Part shown: positions 1 through 9,956 of the stretch, one piece after another | Position numbering within the stretch: the first letter of the stretch is position 1 | How the letters are laid out: every line of letters starts with the position of its first letter | Source: Candidatus Hodarchaeota archaeon | GTDB lineage: Archaea; Asgardarchaeota; Lokiarchaeia; Sigyniarchaeales; SOKP01 | Assembly: GCA_048887225.1 (NCBI GenBank) | Contig: JBHLJY010000002.1 | Span: 288,001-352,000 of the forward strand | DNA: 64,000 nt | Direction: 5' to 3' | Made by a program: the position numbers and the translations under genes | Notes under the pieces: model-generated | Databases searched by the model: none | The model's input: the letters and a program-made list of their open reading frames with translations, nothing else | What the model was told of the DNA's origin: nothing

Positions 1-151
1 ATTCTTATTTAAAATAGAGTGAAATTTAACCAATAAATAAAATAAGAAATTGTCTATTATTCTTCATGTGGTCAAATATACATTTTTAAATTAATCATTC
101 TTAATTCATACTATATGGTAAATACACAAATAAGCTATTGACACAAATTTT

Positions 152-1456
152 ATGTCACTACAAGGAAAATTTAAAAACAAATCCCCAGAAAGTCAAAAAA
201 AGAAAGAAATTTTGGTCATTACGTTTGTTGGTGTTATAATTCTTTCATCGATATTCATTTACACGTATGTTATAAATTATCCAATAGAATTGTCAAATTT
301 TCCTAGCATAAGAATCGTATCTACGGATGAGATTCCATTCGGTGAATACACTGAATGTACTGTTGAAGTAGATCGTAATGATGGATCTAATGTTAAGGAG
401 TTAAAAGGAAGAATAAAAATTAGAGGTCATACGAATGCAAAGGATAAAATTCCTAAAAAAGAATACCGTTTAGAGCTTAATCAACGGAAATCTCTACTTG
501 GGATGCGGGTCGATGATGACTGGCTTTTATTGGCTATGTATTTCGATTTCCCGCGCATGCGCGTTAAAATGTCTTTTGATTTATGGCGTAGTCTCTCATT
601 TATGAATCCTACTACAATATTACCTGATTCTGAATATGTAACATTGTATATAAATGGAGATTTTGAAGGACTTTATCTCTTAACCGAAGAAATTGATAGA
701 AGGCTACTTGGTTTAGACGATCCTCAAAATAATAATAATTCAAGCCTTCTTTTTCAATTAAAAAGGTCAGAAGATCTTACTGCATATTATAGGGGTAAGT
801 GGGATCAAGATTGGCCTAACGAGGATGAAGGATATTATATGATAGATTATGTTTTACCTGATTTAATTAATTTCATATCTCAATCAAATAATGATGAATT
901 TTTTGATACTGAAACAGGAATTTATTCATTATTTGATAAAATGAATTTAATCGATTTTCTAATCTTTAATATATTTATAAATCATAAAGATTTTTGGGAT
1001 ACAAACTACTATATAGCTAGAAATACTAATCCCAGTAAATTTTTTCTCGTTCCTTGGGATTTTGATGGAAGTTTTGGACAACGTGGGTGGGTAGTTTTTG
1101 ATTTTAATGAAAATAATGAAATAAATATTCTTAATGATAATTATCTTTATAAAAGATTGCTCAACAATAAAGAATTTCGGCGTGAGTGTAGCGCTCGTTG
1201 GATTTTCTTAAGAGATGTTCTCTGGACAGAAGAATTTATCACCGATATGTTAACAGACATTTATGAAGATATAAAGCCTTTAATTGAGTTAGATACAAGG
1301 AAATGGAAACCAATAACCGTTGAACATGAGTCGTTGATTGTTAATCGTTATCTACATAGTACAAAAGATTTTAATCTTGAAGAATTTATTGATGAGTTAT
1401 ACCAGTTTATACCTCATCGATTAGAATTCTGTGATGATTATTTCAATAATTTATGA
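152..1456 (+). CDS. CotH-family atypical kinase with N-terminal membrane anchor (paralog 1)
   Basis: Basic KKKE then hydrophobic helix; CotH motifs IKIRG..PKKEYRLEL, DDDWLLLAM, LYINGDFEGLYLLTE, DFWDTNYY, LVPWDFDGSFG. Confidence 0.9.
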   Translation: MSLQGKFKNKSPESQKKKEILVITFVGVIILSSIFIYTYVINYPIELSNFPSIRIVSTDEIPFGEYTECTVEVDRNDGSNVKELKGRIKIRGHTNAKDKIPKKEYRLELNQRKSLLGMRVDDDWLLLAMYFDFPRMRVKMSFDLWRSLSFMNPTTILPDSEYVTLYINGDFEGLYLLTEEIDRRLLGLDDPQNNNNSSLLFQLKRSEDLTAYYRGKWDQDWPNEDEGYYMIDYVLPDLINFISQSNNDEFFDTETGIYSLFDKMNLIDFLIFNIFINHKDFWDTNYYIARNTNPSKFFLVPWDFDGSFGQRGWVVFDFNENNEINILNDNYLYKRLLNNKEFRRECSARWIFLRDVLWTEEFITDMLTDIYEDIKPLIELDTRKWKPITVEHESLIVNRYLHSTKDFNLEEFIDELYQFIPHRLEFCDDYFNNL

Positions 1457-1619
1457 AAAGTATACCTAGGACCTAATTTTGGCAAAAAATCTATTTTTCT
1501 CTTAAATTGAAAGAGGAAACAGCTAAAGTTTTAATTGCTGCGTCTTTAAATTCATTAAATGTGTTAAATTTTGGTTTAAAAAAAAATTAATAATCTTAGT
1601 TAAATTTATTCTCAAAAAA

Positions 1620-2783
1620 ATGAAAGTTCTGTTAACGTTTACGTATGATGTATCTTTAGAAATATGGGAAAAAAAAGGGCTTATCTCTCGTGAAGTCTCT
1701 ATATATAAGGAGCTTAGCAAAAAAAATGTTGAGATCTCCTTTTTGACTTATGGTACTGATACTGATCTTAAGTACTCGGATTTGTTGGGAGATTTGAAAA
1801 TTTATCCTATATTCAATTATATTAGATCTAAATCAACGATTTTACAATTTATTAAATCTCTTCTTTTACCTTTAAAGCTGAGAAATGTAATAAAAGAGTT
1901 TGATATAATTAAAACTAATCAAGTTTATGGAAGTTGGATTTCATTTATTTCTAAAATATTATTTAAAAAGAGAATTATTATCAGATCCGGATTTGAATGG
2001 TTAAGCGGACATAGGACTTTTTTTAACAAAAAAGGAATAAAACAATTTATTAAATATTTACTTATGTATGTATATATTTTTATCATTGAATTCCTCTCAT
2101 ATAAAATGGCTGATGGAATTATCGTGACTGGAGATTATGATATTCCCTTTATCGTTAAATGTTTTAGATTGAAGAGCAAGTATAAAAAAAATAAAATTCG
2201 TCTATTTTATAATTTTATTGATGATATTTTATTCAAACCAACTTCATATGAAAAAAAAGATAAACATATTCTTTTTATTGGTAGATTATCTTACGAAAAA
2301 AATCTCTTTAACCTATTAGAAGCATTTAAAGAGTTGAATGGATTTGTTTTAGATATTATAGGAACGGGACCTGTAGAAGAAAAATTGAAACTTAAAGCAA
2401 AGAAACTGGGCATAAATGCAAACTTTCTTGGTATTATTCCAAATAATGAGATGCCTGAAAAAATAAATCAATATCAAATATTTATCTTACCATCTTTTTC
2501 AGAAGGAAACCCTAAAGCATTATTAGAAGCAATGAGTTGTGGAGTTGCTTGCATAGGTACAAATGTTAAAGGGATTAATAACATAATCAAACATAAACAA
2601 AATGGATATTTATGTGAAAAATCTCCTATTTCAATTAAAAAAGCAATTTTAAACCTTTATAATGATGAAAATTTCCGAAAAAAATTGGGGAAAAATGCAA
2701 GAAAATTTATTTTAGATAACTGTTCATTAACTTCTCTAGTCGAAAAAGAATATTTATTTTATCAAGAAATTTTAAGAAGATAA
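1620..2783 (+). CDS. Glycosyltransferase family 4
   Basis: ILFIGRLSYEKN, IGTGP, EX7E motif EGNPKALLE(AMSCG). Confidence 0.93.
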   Translation: MKVLLTFTYDVSLEIWEKKGLISREVSIYKELSKKNVEISFLTYGTDTDLKYSDLLGDLKIYPIFNYIRSKSTILQFIKSLLLPLKLRNVIKEFDIIKTNQVYGSWISFISKILFKKRIIIRSGFEWLSGHRTFFNKKGIKQFIKYLLMYVYIFIIEFLSYKMADGIIVTGDYDIPFIVKCFRLKSKYKKNKIRLFYNFIDDILFKPTSYEKKDKHILFIGRLSYEKNLFNLLEAFKELNGFVLDIIGTGPVEEKLKLKAKKLGINANFLGIIPNNEMPEKINQYQIFILPSFSEGNPKALLEAMSCGVACIGTNVKGINNIIKHKQNGYLCEKSPISIKKAILNLYNDENFRKKLGKNARKFILDNCSLTSLVEKEYLFYQEILRR

Positions 2784-2805
2784 ACCAAAAATTTAGCAGA
2801 TACAA

Positions 2806-3597
2806 ATGAAGAGAATCTTGGTAAATATCATTAGAAATGTATATATTTGTTTAAGCTATAAGTTAAATCAAAGAAGAGGATTAAGGAAATTCATATACGA
2901 AATTTATGAATTGATAAGATTTGTTGAATTTAAATTAAAAAATTTATTTTTGAAAAAATTTACCATTGAGTATATAATACATGTAAATCCTGAGAAAATA
3001 ATATATCAGAAAAACTTACAGAAAGGAAATTGGTTACTTTTCTTAAAATTTATACAGCCTTTACTAAATATAAGGTTTAATTATTCAATGCAAGTAATTA
3101 ATGGAAATTGGGATCTAAAGGAAAATTTACAATTATTTAATGAAAATATAAAATATAAATCATATTATCAACATTTTATAGAAGGAGTTGAATGGAAATA
3201 TACTGAATATTATAAGAGAGAAAAAAAGAGATATTTAGACGGGAAAGTTAGAAAAGAATATAAATCAATAGAGGATCTCGATTTAAAATATAGATACTTT
3301 GACAAATTATATCGAAAAATTGAGAGGGAAGGTTTTAAATCTCAACGAGAAATAATTAAATCCGAGGGCATTATCACAAATCATGGTCGAGGTGTTGTAA
3401 TAAGAAAACCAGGCGACGATATAGCCATTGCCATTGGAAGAAATGGGGAATTAATCTTTTTGGATGGAAGACATAGACTTAATATAGTTAAAATGCTATA
3501 TATTCAAAACCGGAATATTAAAAAAATACCTGTTCGCGTCTTAGTTATTCATCCAGAGTTTATATCAAGCTTAGAAAAAAAATCTAAGGATTTCTAA
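2806..3597 (+). CDS. ParB/sulfiredoxin-fold domain protein of unknown function
   Basis: KIEREGF..., DDIAIAIGRNGELIFLDGRHRL and IPVRV match the ParB/Srx DGxHR core; no HTH; lies between two GT4 genes. Confidence 0.65.
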   Translation: MKRILVNIIRNVYICLSYKLNQRRGLRKFIYEIYELIRFVEFKLKNLFLKKFTIEYIIHVNPEKIIYQKNLQKGNWLLFLKFIQPLLNIRFNYSMQVINGNWDLKENLQLFNENIKYKSYYQHFIEGVEWKYTEYYKREKKRYLDGKVRKEYKSIEDLDLKYRYFDKLYRKIEREGFKSQREIIKSEGIITNHGRGVVIRKPGDDIAIAIGRNGELIFLDGRHRLNIVKMLYIQNRNIKKIPVRVLVIHPEFISSLEKKSKDF

Positions 3598-3599
3598 TT

Positions 3600-4781
3600 A
3601 TGAATATTTTATATTTCGCACATTACTTTCCACCTCATAGTGGAGCTGCGGCAATATGTACTCATAAAATATCTGCATATCTTGCTAAATTTGGTCATAA
3701 TATATTAGTATTAGCCCCAGAGAATAAAGGTAAATTTTTTAAAGGAAAGGCTTCCAGGGTATTTAATAATATAGAAGTAATTAATTCAAATCAAATTGTT
3801 AGATTTCCTTTTAGCTTAATTATTTCGCATATAGAGAATCTTATTAAATTCTTAACAAAATTAAAAGCTAATTTTCGACCCGATATAATTTTTTCTCAAT
3901 ATCATACATTTCATTACGCAAGTGTAGTTGGGGGATATTTATCTAAGATTCTAAAAATCCCTCATATTATTAGATCTCACGATATTTTTATTGATTTAAA
4001 AACAAAATCAGTCCCTTTTAAAATTATCTTTTCAATTAATTACCCTCGAATATATCATTCGATTTGTAATTGCGATATAGACTATGTTCAAACATCAGAA
4101 ATGAAGGAATATTTATCAAAATTTAGAAAGTTTAAAGACGTTAGTTTTAGAATCCTCCATAATGGAATTGAAACTCAACAGTTTTATCCTCATAGAAACC
4201 AAGATTTTTTTAAAGATAAGTATGGATGTGATATAATTGTTTCATTTATTGGGCTAATGACACAGGATATAGGGATTCATAATTTTATTCAAATTTTACC
4301 AGAGGTATTAAAAACTCATAAGGATACTCATTTATTAATGATTGGAGATGGTCCTTATAAAAATTTTGTTTTAAAACTTGTAAAAAAACTCCAACTTAAT
4401 AAAAAGGTTCATTTTTTAGGAATTAGACCACATCATGAAATACCCTTTTTTATCAATAATTGCGACATTGGAATAGGACGCATTACTCATAAAGAAATGT
4501 GGAGATATTTTATACCCGTAAAGTGTTTGGAGTACATGGCTTGCCAAAAACCCTTTATAACTACACCAATTTCTCGAGATGCCATTAAAAATAATGATGT
4601 TGGACTTATATTAAAAAGAGATTTTAATAATAAAGAGCTTGTTACGAAACTTATTATGTTAATTGAAGACAAAAGCTTGCGAACAAAATTGGGAGAAAAT
4701 GGATTAAAAAAAATCAATCAAAATTTTAAATGGGAAGCCATTATGGAAGATTTTAATACCGATCTAGAAGAAATCAAGTAA
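3600..4781 (+). CDS. Glycosyltransferase family 4 (paralog of 33846..35063)
   Basis: MNILYFAHYFPP, HNGI, IGDGP, PVKCLEYMACQKP. Confidence 0.92.
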   Translation: MNILYFAHYFPPHSGAAAICTHKISAYLAKFGHNILVLAPENKGKFFKGKASRVFNNIEVINSNQIVRFPFSLIISHIENLIKFLTKLKANFRPDIIFSQYHTFHYASVVGGYLSKILKIPHIIRSHDIFIDLKTKSVPFKIIFSINYPRIYHSICNCDIDYVQTSEMKEYLSKFRKFKDVSFRILHNGIETQQFYPHRNQDFFKDKYGCDIIVSFIGLMTQDIGIHNFIQILPEVLKTHKDTHLLMIGDGPYKNFVLKLVKKLQLNKKVHFLGIRPHHEIPFFINNCDIGIGRITHKEMWRYFIPVKCLEYMACQKPFITTPISRDAIKNNDVGLILKRDFNNKELVTKLIMLIEDKSLRTKLGENGLKKINQNFKWEAIMEDFNTDLEEIK

Positions 4782-6786
4782 GGAAATAACAATCTTCATA
4801 CTCAAACAATACATGTACATCATTCTCATATAAATTTGTAAAACGCATATCGCTAGTAAAATTGTATAATTCTGTTGAGCTCACTTTCTCTAGATCTAGT
4901 AAAACATATTCGATATTTTTATCTATTATATATTTTTTTATTTCTATTATATTATTCTTACCAGCTCTGAATTTCCAATCATAAAGTTTATAAGTACTTA
5001 ATAGGCTGTGGAGTGCATCACCATAATCATCATAAAAATGAACTAATATTTTCGAGTCTTCTGGAATGTTATCTTTAATATAGAAAATTGTTTCAAAATG
5101 TTCCTCTTCAAAATAAACGTGATAATAAACGTTGCGATGGACTATAAAGGTAGAAAAAACCGATATAAGAAGTAATGTAATCACAATATTTTCAATTTTA
5201 AAAAAATTCGAGCTCTTTAATAGATTTTTATAACGGGGATAGTTGTTTCTAAGGTATAGAGTAATAATCTTAGCTTTTTTGATAATTAATTCTATAATAA
5301 AACAACAAAAGATTATAATTGGTCCCGTAAAAGCCTCCAAAATTCTAGGTATAAACCAAATAAGACTTTGGGCAAATATCGTAGGGGATTCAGAGAATAA
5401 AAGATCTCCCACATAAAATCCAATTATAACAATGAGGGAAAATTTTCCAAAATTAATTAAATCTCGATTTTTTTTCCCAAAATACCTTTTTATTGGTAAG
5501 AATAATCCTATAATAGTAAAAATAATGAAAAAGGAGAACACACGTTTTTCTAAATCTCTAAATATAGAGATTACATCATTATTTGGGATTATATCTTTTA
5601 GAATATCAGAAAAATCAAAATTCAGTAAAATCGTATTTAAACTTAATAAATTAAGATTTTTCGATAAGTATATTGTTGGAATTCCAAAAATTATAGAAAA
5701 AGCGTTTAGCAATTCAATGAAAGTTATGTTAAGAACGATCATTGTATGGAAAACGAAAGTCAATAATAGTATTAAGATCAAAATTATTGGTTTAATTGTG
5801 TATTCCATTAAAGTAATTCTTAGGGGGTAATGTTTAGAAATTAATTTAAATAAGATTAATAATCCCCAAACAATAATATAGCCAAACGCATAAAGCGGGT
5901 TAAATAGAAACATTAATTGAACGAAAAAAGCCGTTAAATAAAAAGGGCATTTTGATCGGAGAATAATTAAAGTTACAAGTATCATTATTGTAGGGAAATT
6001 TGAAGAAGTGTTCAAACAAAACCGAGAGAATAATATATTTGACATTAAAGTTAAAACTAATCCTATTAAAACTAAATAATTTTTTTCAAAGATTCTCTTC
6101 AATAGTGTTGCCATAATAATAATGTAAAAAGACATAATAGGTATACCAGCGAATTTAAAATACAAATAAGCAAAACCAAAATTTGGATTTATTAATACTG
6201 GAGCAACAATAAAAATAACAAAACCTCTCGGATAATGAATTCCGTGACGAGCTCTCCAAATATGCCCTTTCTCAAGTAGATGCCACATATGCCCCATCCA
6301 CCCATATGTATCTAGTGATGGAAGTGCGTATTCTTGAGTTATAACCCTCCATTGAACCGCAACTTGAATAAATATGATAAAAATCACAATTATTATTAAA
6401 GAGATTAAATCCCGTGGGTTCTTCTTAAATCTCCTCTTGATTGAATTAATAAAATCATTAACCTTATCTCTTGTTAATTTTTTACGATATATTAAAAACA
6501 AAACAAATAAAATATCTATTATTATAAGTGAGAGGTAGGCTGAGTAAAAATTAAAAAAGTGGAAAATATCTAAAATGAAACTTAATGAAATATAAATTGA
6601 CAAACCAATTCCAAATGATATTAAAAAAATTTCTAAAAAATTAATGTCCCAATCCTTCTTATTGATTTTTTTCAAAAAATAAAAGAAAATATATCCAAAA
6701 ACCGATATTAAAAATACGAAAAGGAAAAACGTTAAAGCAACTAATACCATATTAAAAAAGAGCCACTCTGGAGCTGTATTCACCAT
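4774..6786 (-). CDS. Polytopic GT-C-fold membrane glycosyltransferase-like protein with STT3/AglB-like C-terminal domain
   Basis: Many TM helices; loop SLDTYGW...HYPRGF; C-terminal soluble domain YIKDNIPEDSKILVHFYDDYG...NIEYVLLD. Confidence 0.6.
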   Translation of the reverse strand: MVNTAPEWLFFNMVLVALTFFLFVFLISVFGYIFFYFLKKINKKDWDINFLEIFLISFGIGLSIYISLSFILDIFHFFNFYSAYLSLIIIDILFVLFLIYRKKLTRDKVNDFINSIKRRFKKNPRDLISLIIIVIFIIFIQVAVQWRVITQEYALPSLDTYGWMGHMWHLLEKGHIWRARHGIHYPRGFVIFIVAPVLINPNFGFAYLYFKFAGIPIMSFYIIIMATLLKRIFEKNYLVLIGLVLTLMSNILFSRFCLNTSSNFPTIMILVTLIILRSKCPFYLTAFFVQLMFLFNPLYAFGYIIVWGLLILFKLISKHYPLRITLMEYTIKPIILILILLLTFVFHTMIVLNITFIELLNAFSIIFGIPTIYLSKNLNLLSLNTILLNFDFSDILKDIIPNNDVISIFRDLEKRVFSFFIIFTIIGLFLPIKRYFGKKNRDLINFGKFSLIVIIGFYVGDLLFSESPTIFAQSLIWFIPRILEAFTGPIIIFCCFIIELIIKKAKIITLYLRNNYPRYKNLLKSSNFFKIENIVITLLLISVFSTFIVHRNVYYHVYFEEEHFETIFYIKDNIPEDSKILVHFYDDYGDALHSLLSTYKLYDWKFRAGKNNIIEIKKYIIDKNIEYVLLDLEKVSSTELYNFTSDMRFTNLYENDVHVLFEYEDCYFLT

Positions 6787-6940
6787 TATTTACAGTTTCT
6801 CTTAATATAAAATTCTCTTGTTAATTTCTTTACCAAATATTATCTTCTAAAAATATTTTAGCTTATTAAAAGTTCAGCCTTATAATCATTTAAAAAAAAG
6901 ATATTTTTATTAGATTAAAAACTATTTAACTTGAACAAGT

Positions 6941-7714
6941 ATGAGTAAAGGATTAATCCCAAAAATGTTTCAGAAGTATTTTAATCGCTTTGAGATTAAA
7001 TATAGAATTTCTATTCCTGAACGGGATAATTTAATCGACAATTTCAGACCATTCATGGAATTAGATCCTCATGTTAAGAAGGGCTATAAAAATTATGAGG
7101 TAAGAAGTGTTTATTTTGATTCTCCACTTAAAAGAGCATATTTTGAAAAAATTTATGGGATTAAAGTTAGGGTTAAGTTGCGAATTCGATATTATCCTGA
7201 TTTTCAAGTTGGTGAGAATGAATTAGTTTTTATTGAACTTAAACGTAAAATTAATGATAATGTTTCAAAGAGCCGGGTTTTAGTTCCATTTGCAGATTCA
7301 TTTGAAATTATTAACAGCCATACCCAAAAAGCGAAAGAATTTTATGAAAAAGCCTCTCAAGAGGATAGAGAAAAATTAAATGATATATGGTATCTTTATG
7401 ATAGATATAATTTAAAACCAGTTTGTATGGTGTGGTATCATAGACGACCATTCATTTCTAAGATTGAACAAGGACGATTTAGAATAACATTTGATACCAG
7501 CGTTAAGGTTCGAAACCATAATTTTGATTTGCATATGGGAGGGATTGGTGGTAGATATGTAATACCACCTCAAATATGCATAATGGAAATAAAATTTACT
7601 AATATGATCCCTGCTTGGGCAATTCGTATAGTACAGAAGAATAATGTAATCCAAGAAAAGATGAGCAAATTTGCCAGCGGATTAGAAAGAACAAAAATTC
7701 TGAGCATCTTATAA
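6941..7714 (+). CDS. VTC-domain (polyphosphate polymerase, CYTH/TTM fold) protein
   Basis: RFEIKY, VRSVYFDS, RVKLRIRYY, FIELKRK, YHRRPF, RITFD, IMEIKF, SKF in canonical order. Confidence 0.92.
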   Translation: MSKGLIPKMFQKYFNRFEIKYRISIPERDNLIDNFRPFMELDPHVKKGYKNYEVRSVYFDSPLKRAYFEKIYGIKVRVKLRIRYYPDFQVGENELVFIELKRKINDNVSKSRVLVPFADSFEIINSHTQKAKEFYEKASQEDREKLNDIWYLYDRYNLKPVCMVWYHRRPFISKIEQGRFRITFDTSVKVRNHNFDLHMGGIGGRYVIPPQICIMEIKFTNMIPAWAIRIVQKNNVIQEKMSKFASGLERTKILSIL

Positions 7715-7751
7715 TAAAGTTTTTTTATAATATTTAATAGGTTTTAATAGA

Positions 7752-8519
7752 ATGATATTTCAAAATATTGTTTTTGATGCGATTGATGCCTTTCTTGAAG
7801 AATCGTTTAGAAACATCGGGACAGATATTAATCTTTTAGATGTTGGTCTTGTTTTATTTTGGAGTATCTTCTTATCTTTTATTATCGCAATCACTTATAG
7901 AGGAACTCACAGGGGCGTTTCATACAGCTCAAATTTTACTCAAAACTTAGTAATAATTGGATGCGTTGTTGGAATTGTAATGTTAGTCATCGGGACAAAT
8001 ATTGCCAGAGCATTCACTTTAGTGGGGGCCCTTTCAATTATCAGATTTAGGACTGCGATAAAAGATCCGAAAGATGTTGGATTTATTTTTTTTGTAATGG
8101 TTGTTGGAATGGCCTGTGGAACTAAATTCTATCCAGTTGCTATAATAACGACTTTTGTGGGATGTGGATTAATTTATTTTATGACTTATTCCAATTTTGG
8201 ACAAAAAGGTTTAGCACAGGATATATTAGAAATGTACTTTCCTATAACTGAGGATTACGCAAAAATTTTAAGTCCTATTTTTGTACGCCATTTGAAATAT
8301 TACTCTCTTTTATCTGTGGATACAGTTGATAGTAAAACAAATCGCTTGAGTTTCATTGTTACTTTTAAAGCAAGGAGAAAATTATTAAATTTTAAAAACA
8401 AAAGAGAAGTTTTTGATGACTCGCTTACTCCAAAATCCGCATTATTGTCAGATTTGCAAAGTATTGCTTATATTACCAATATAAAAGTAATAGAAGGTTC
8501 CACCTCTGTGGAATTATAA
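7752..8519 (+). CDS. DUF4956 family membrane protein (MgtC/SapB-like)
   Basis: 4-5 hydrophobic helices; signature NIARAFTLVGALSIIRFRTAIKDPKDVGFIF..GMACG; directly downstream of the VTC gene. Confidence 0.88.
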   Translation: MIFQNIVFDAIDAFLEESFRNIGTDINLLDVGLVLFWSIFLSFIIAITYRGTHRGVSYSSNFTQNLVIIGCVVGIVMLVIGTNIARAFTLVGALSIIRFRTAIKDPKDVGFIFFVMVVGMACGTKFYPVAIITTFVGCGLIYFMTYSNFGQKGLAQDILEMYFPITEDYAKILSPIFVRHLKYYSLLSVDTVDSKTNRLSFIVTFKARRKLLNFKNKREVFDDSLTPKSALLSDLQSIAYITNIKVIEGSTSVEL

Positions 8520-8554
8520 TTTTTTTTACAACATATTATTCATACTTATGGAAG

Positions 8555-9826
8555 TTAGAATTGTACAAAATAAGAATCGCAAAAAACCAACCTATTTGGA
8601 ATCCATTCAAAAACATGATCAATAGATTTATCGATTTCCTCTTCCCAATTTTCTGCCCAAAGATTGTGGTACCAAAGATTAGTATCAATATCTAAAACCT
8701 CCTTAATTTCTTCATAATATTCCATTAACATATCTATTATTGCTTCCTCGACCCAAATTGTATCTCTCAAACTAAACCAACGAGTTTTACAATCATTTTT
8801 AAATTCAGCATTAGTGAGAAGTCTATCAAATAATAGATTATGCTGTCTAAGAAATTCTTCATCATTCCTGTCTGGCGCACTGTTTCTTCTCAACCATTGA
8901 CCAAAACAGCGATCAAAATCCCATGGAACGAGAAAAAATTTACTCGGATTGGTATTTCTCACTATGAAGTAATTATGATCCCAAAAATCATCATGTAAAA
9001 TAAAAAAATTGTAAATGTAAAAGTCAATCAAATTTTGTTTATCGAATTTTGAATAAATTCCATTCTCAACATCAAAGAATTCTTCTTCAGGTGTATTTTT
9101 GATGAAATAGACAAGGTCAGACATGATTGCATCCATAATATAGATCCCATCATATTCATTAGGCCAGTCTTGTTCCCATTCTTTATATAAATAGTAATGA
9201 AAATTATCATGCGCGTATGAAGATTGAAAAATCAAACTCGACATGATATTATTCATCGCATCATCTAGAGCAAATAATCTTCTGTCATTTTTTTCAACAA
9301 GAAGATAAAGTCCTCGAAGTTCCCTGTTGACATATACAATTACGTATTCGGAATCGGGCAATATAGCAGTAGGGTTTGATGGTGTTAAGGTTTGATATAA
9401 TTCCATCGCTAATTTAATTTGCATTCGAGGAAGATCACTATACATAGCGAATAACATCCAATCATCATCTTCCCTCATTCCAAGAATGGATTTTGGTTCT
9501 GAGAGTTCAATTCTGTATCCTTTCTTTGGTAAATCGGCGTTATATCTTCCTCTTATTTTAACAATACATTTGAGAGGGGCTATGTTTTCAGATTCATCAG
9601 GACAATTCAATTCAAATGTACCATCCACATAATCGCCATGTATAATCTCCTCCTCAGTCACTATGTTTATTACTGGAAAATTCTCTGGGCTTATTGGAGA
9701 ATTTCTAATGTAAGTATAGACAAATACAATAGTAACTAAAATAGCAAAAATCAAAATTATAATTACTAACTCTTTTTTCCTTCTATGAGTCGGTAATTTA
9801 TTTGTAAATTGATTCTGATCTGACAT
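8555..9826 (-). CDS. CotH-family kinase with N-terminal membrane anchor (paralog 2)
   Basis: RRKKE + TM; KIRGRYN..PKKGYRIEL, DDDWMLFAM, GLYLLVE, DFWDHNYF, PWDFDRCFG. Confidence 0.9.
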   Translation of the reverse strand: MSDQNQFTNKLPTHRRKKELVIIILIFAILVTIVFVYTYIRNSPISPENFPVINIVTEEEIIHGDYVDGTFELNCPDESENIAPLKCIVKIRGRYNADLPKKGYRIELSEPKSILGMREDDDWMLFAMYSDLPRMQIKLAMELYQTLTPSNPTAILPDSEYVIVYVNRELRGLYLLVEKNDRRLFALDDAMNNIMSSLIFQSSYAHDNFHYYLYKEWEQDWPNEYDGIYIMDAIMSDLVYFIKNTPEEEFFDVENGIYSKFDKQNLIDFYIYNFFILHDDFWDHNYFIVRNTNPSKFFLVPWDFDRCFGQWLRRNSAPDRNDEEFLRQHNLLFDRLLTNAEFKNDCKTRWFSLRDTIWVEEAIIDMLMEYYEEIKEVLDIDTNLWYHNLWAENWEEEIDKSIDHVFEWIPNRLVFCDSYFVQF

Positions 9827-9956
9827 AGGGATATAACCAAAAGGTAATAATGTTTATTTGTTTTTTAATTCAATTTTCACTGTATTATAAAACTTAATTT
9901 TTTAAAATATTTGAATTGTCTTAGTCTTAAAATATAGATAAACAAAATAAGTATCA

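Noticed and set aside
2806-3597. ParB as a plasmid or chromosome partition system
   Set aside because: No parA, no HTH domain, no parS-like array and no replication or mobility genes
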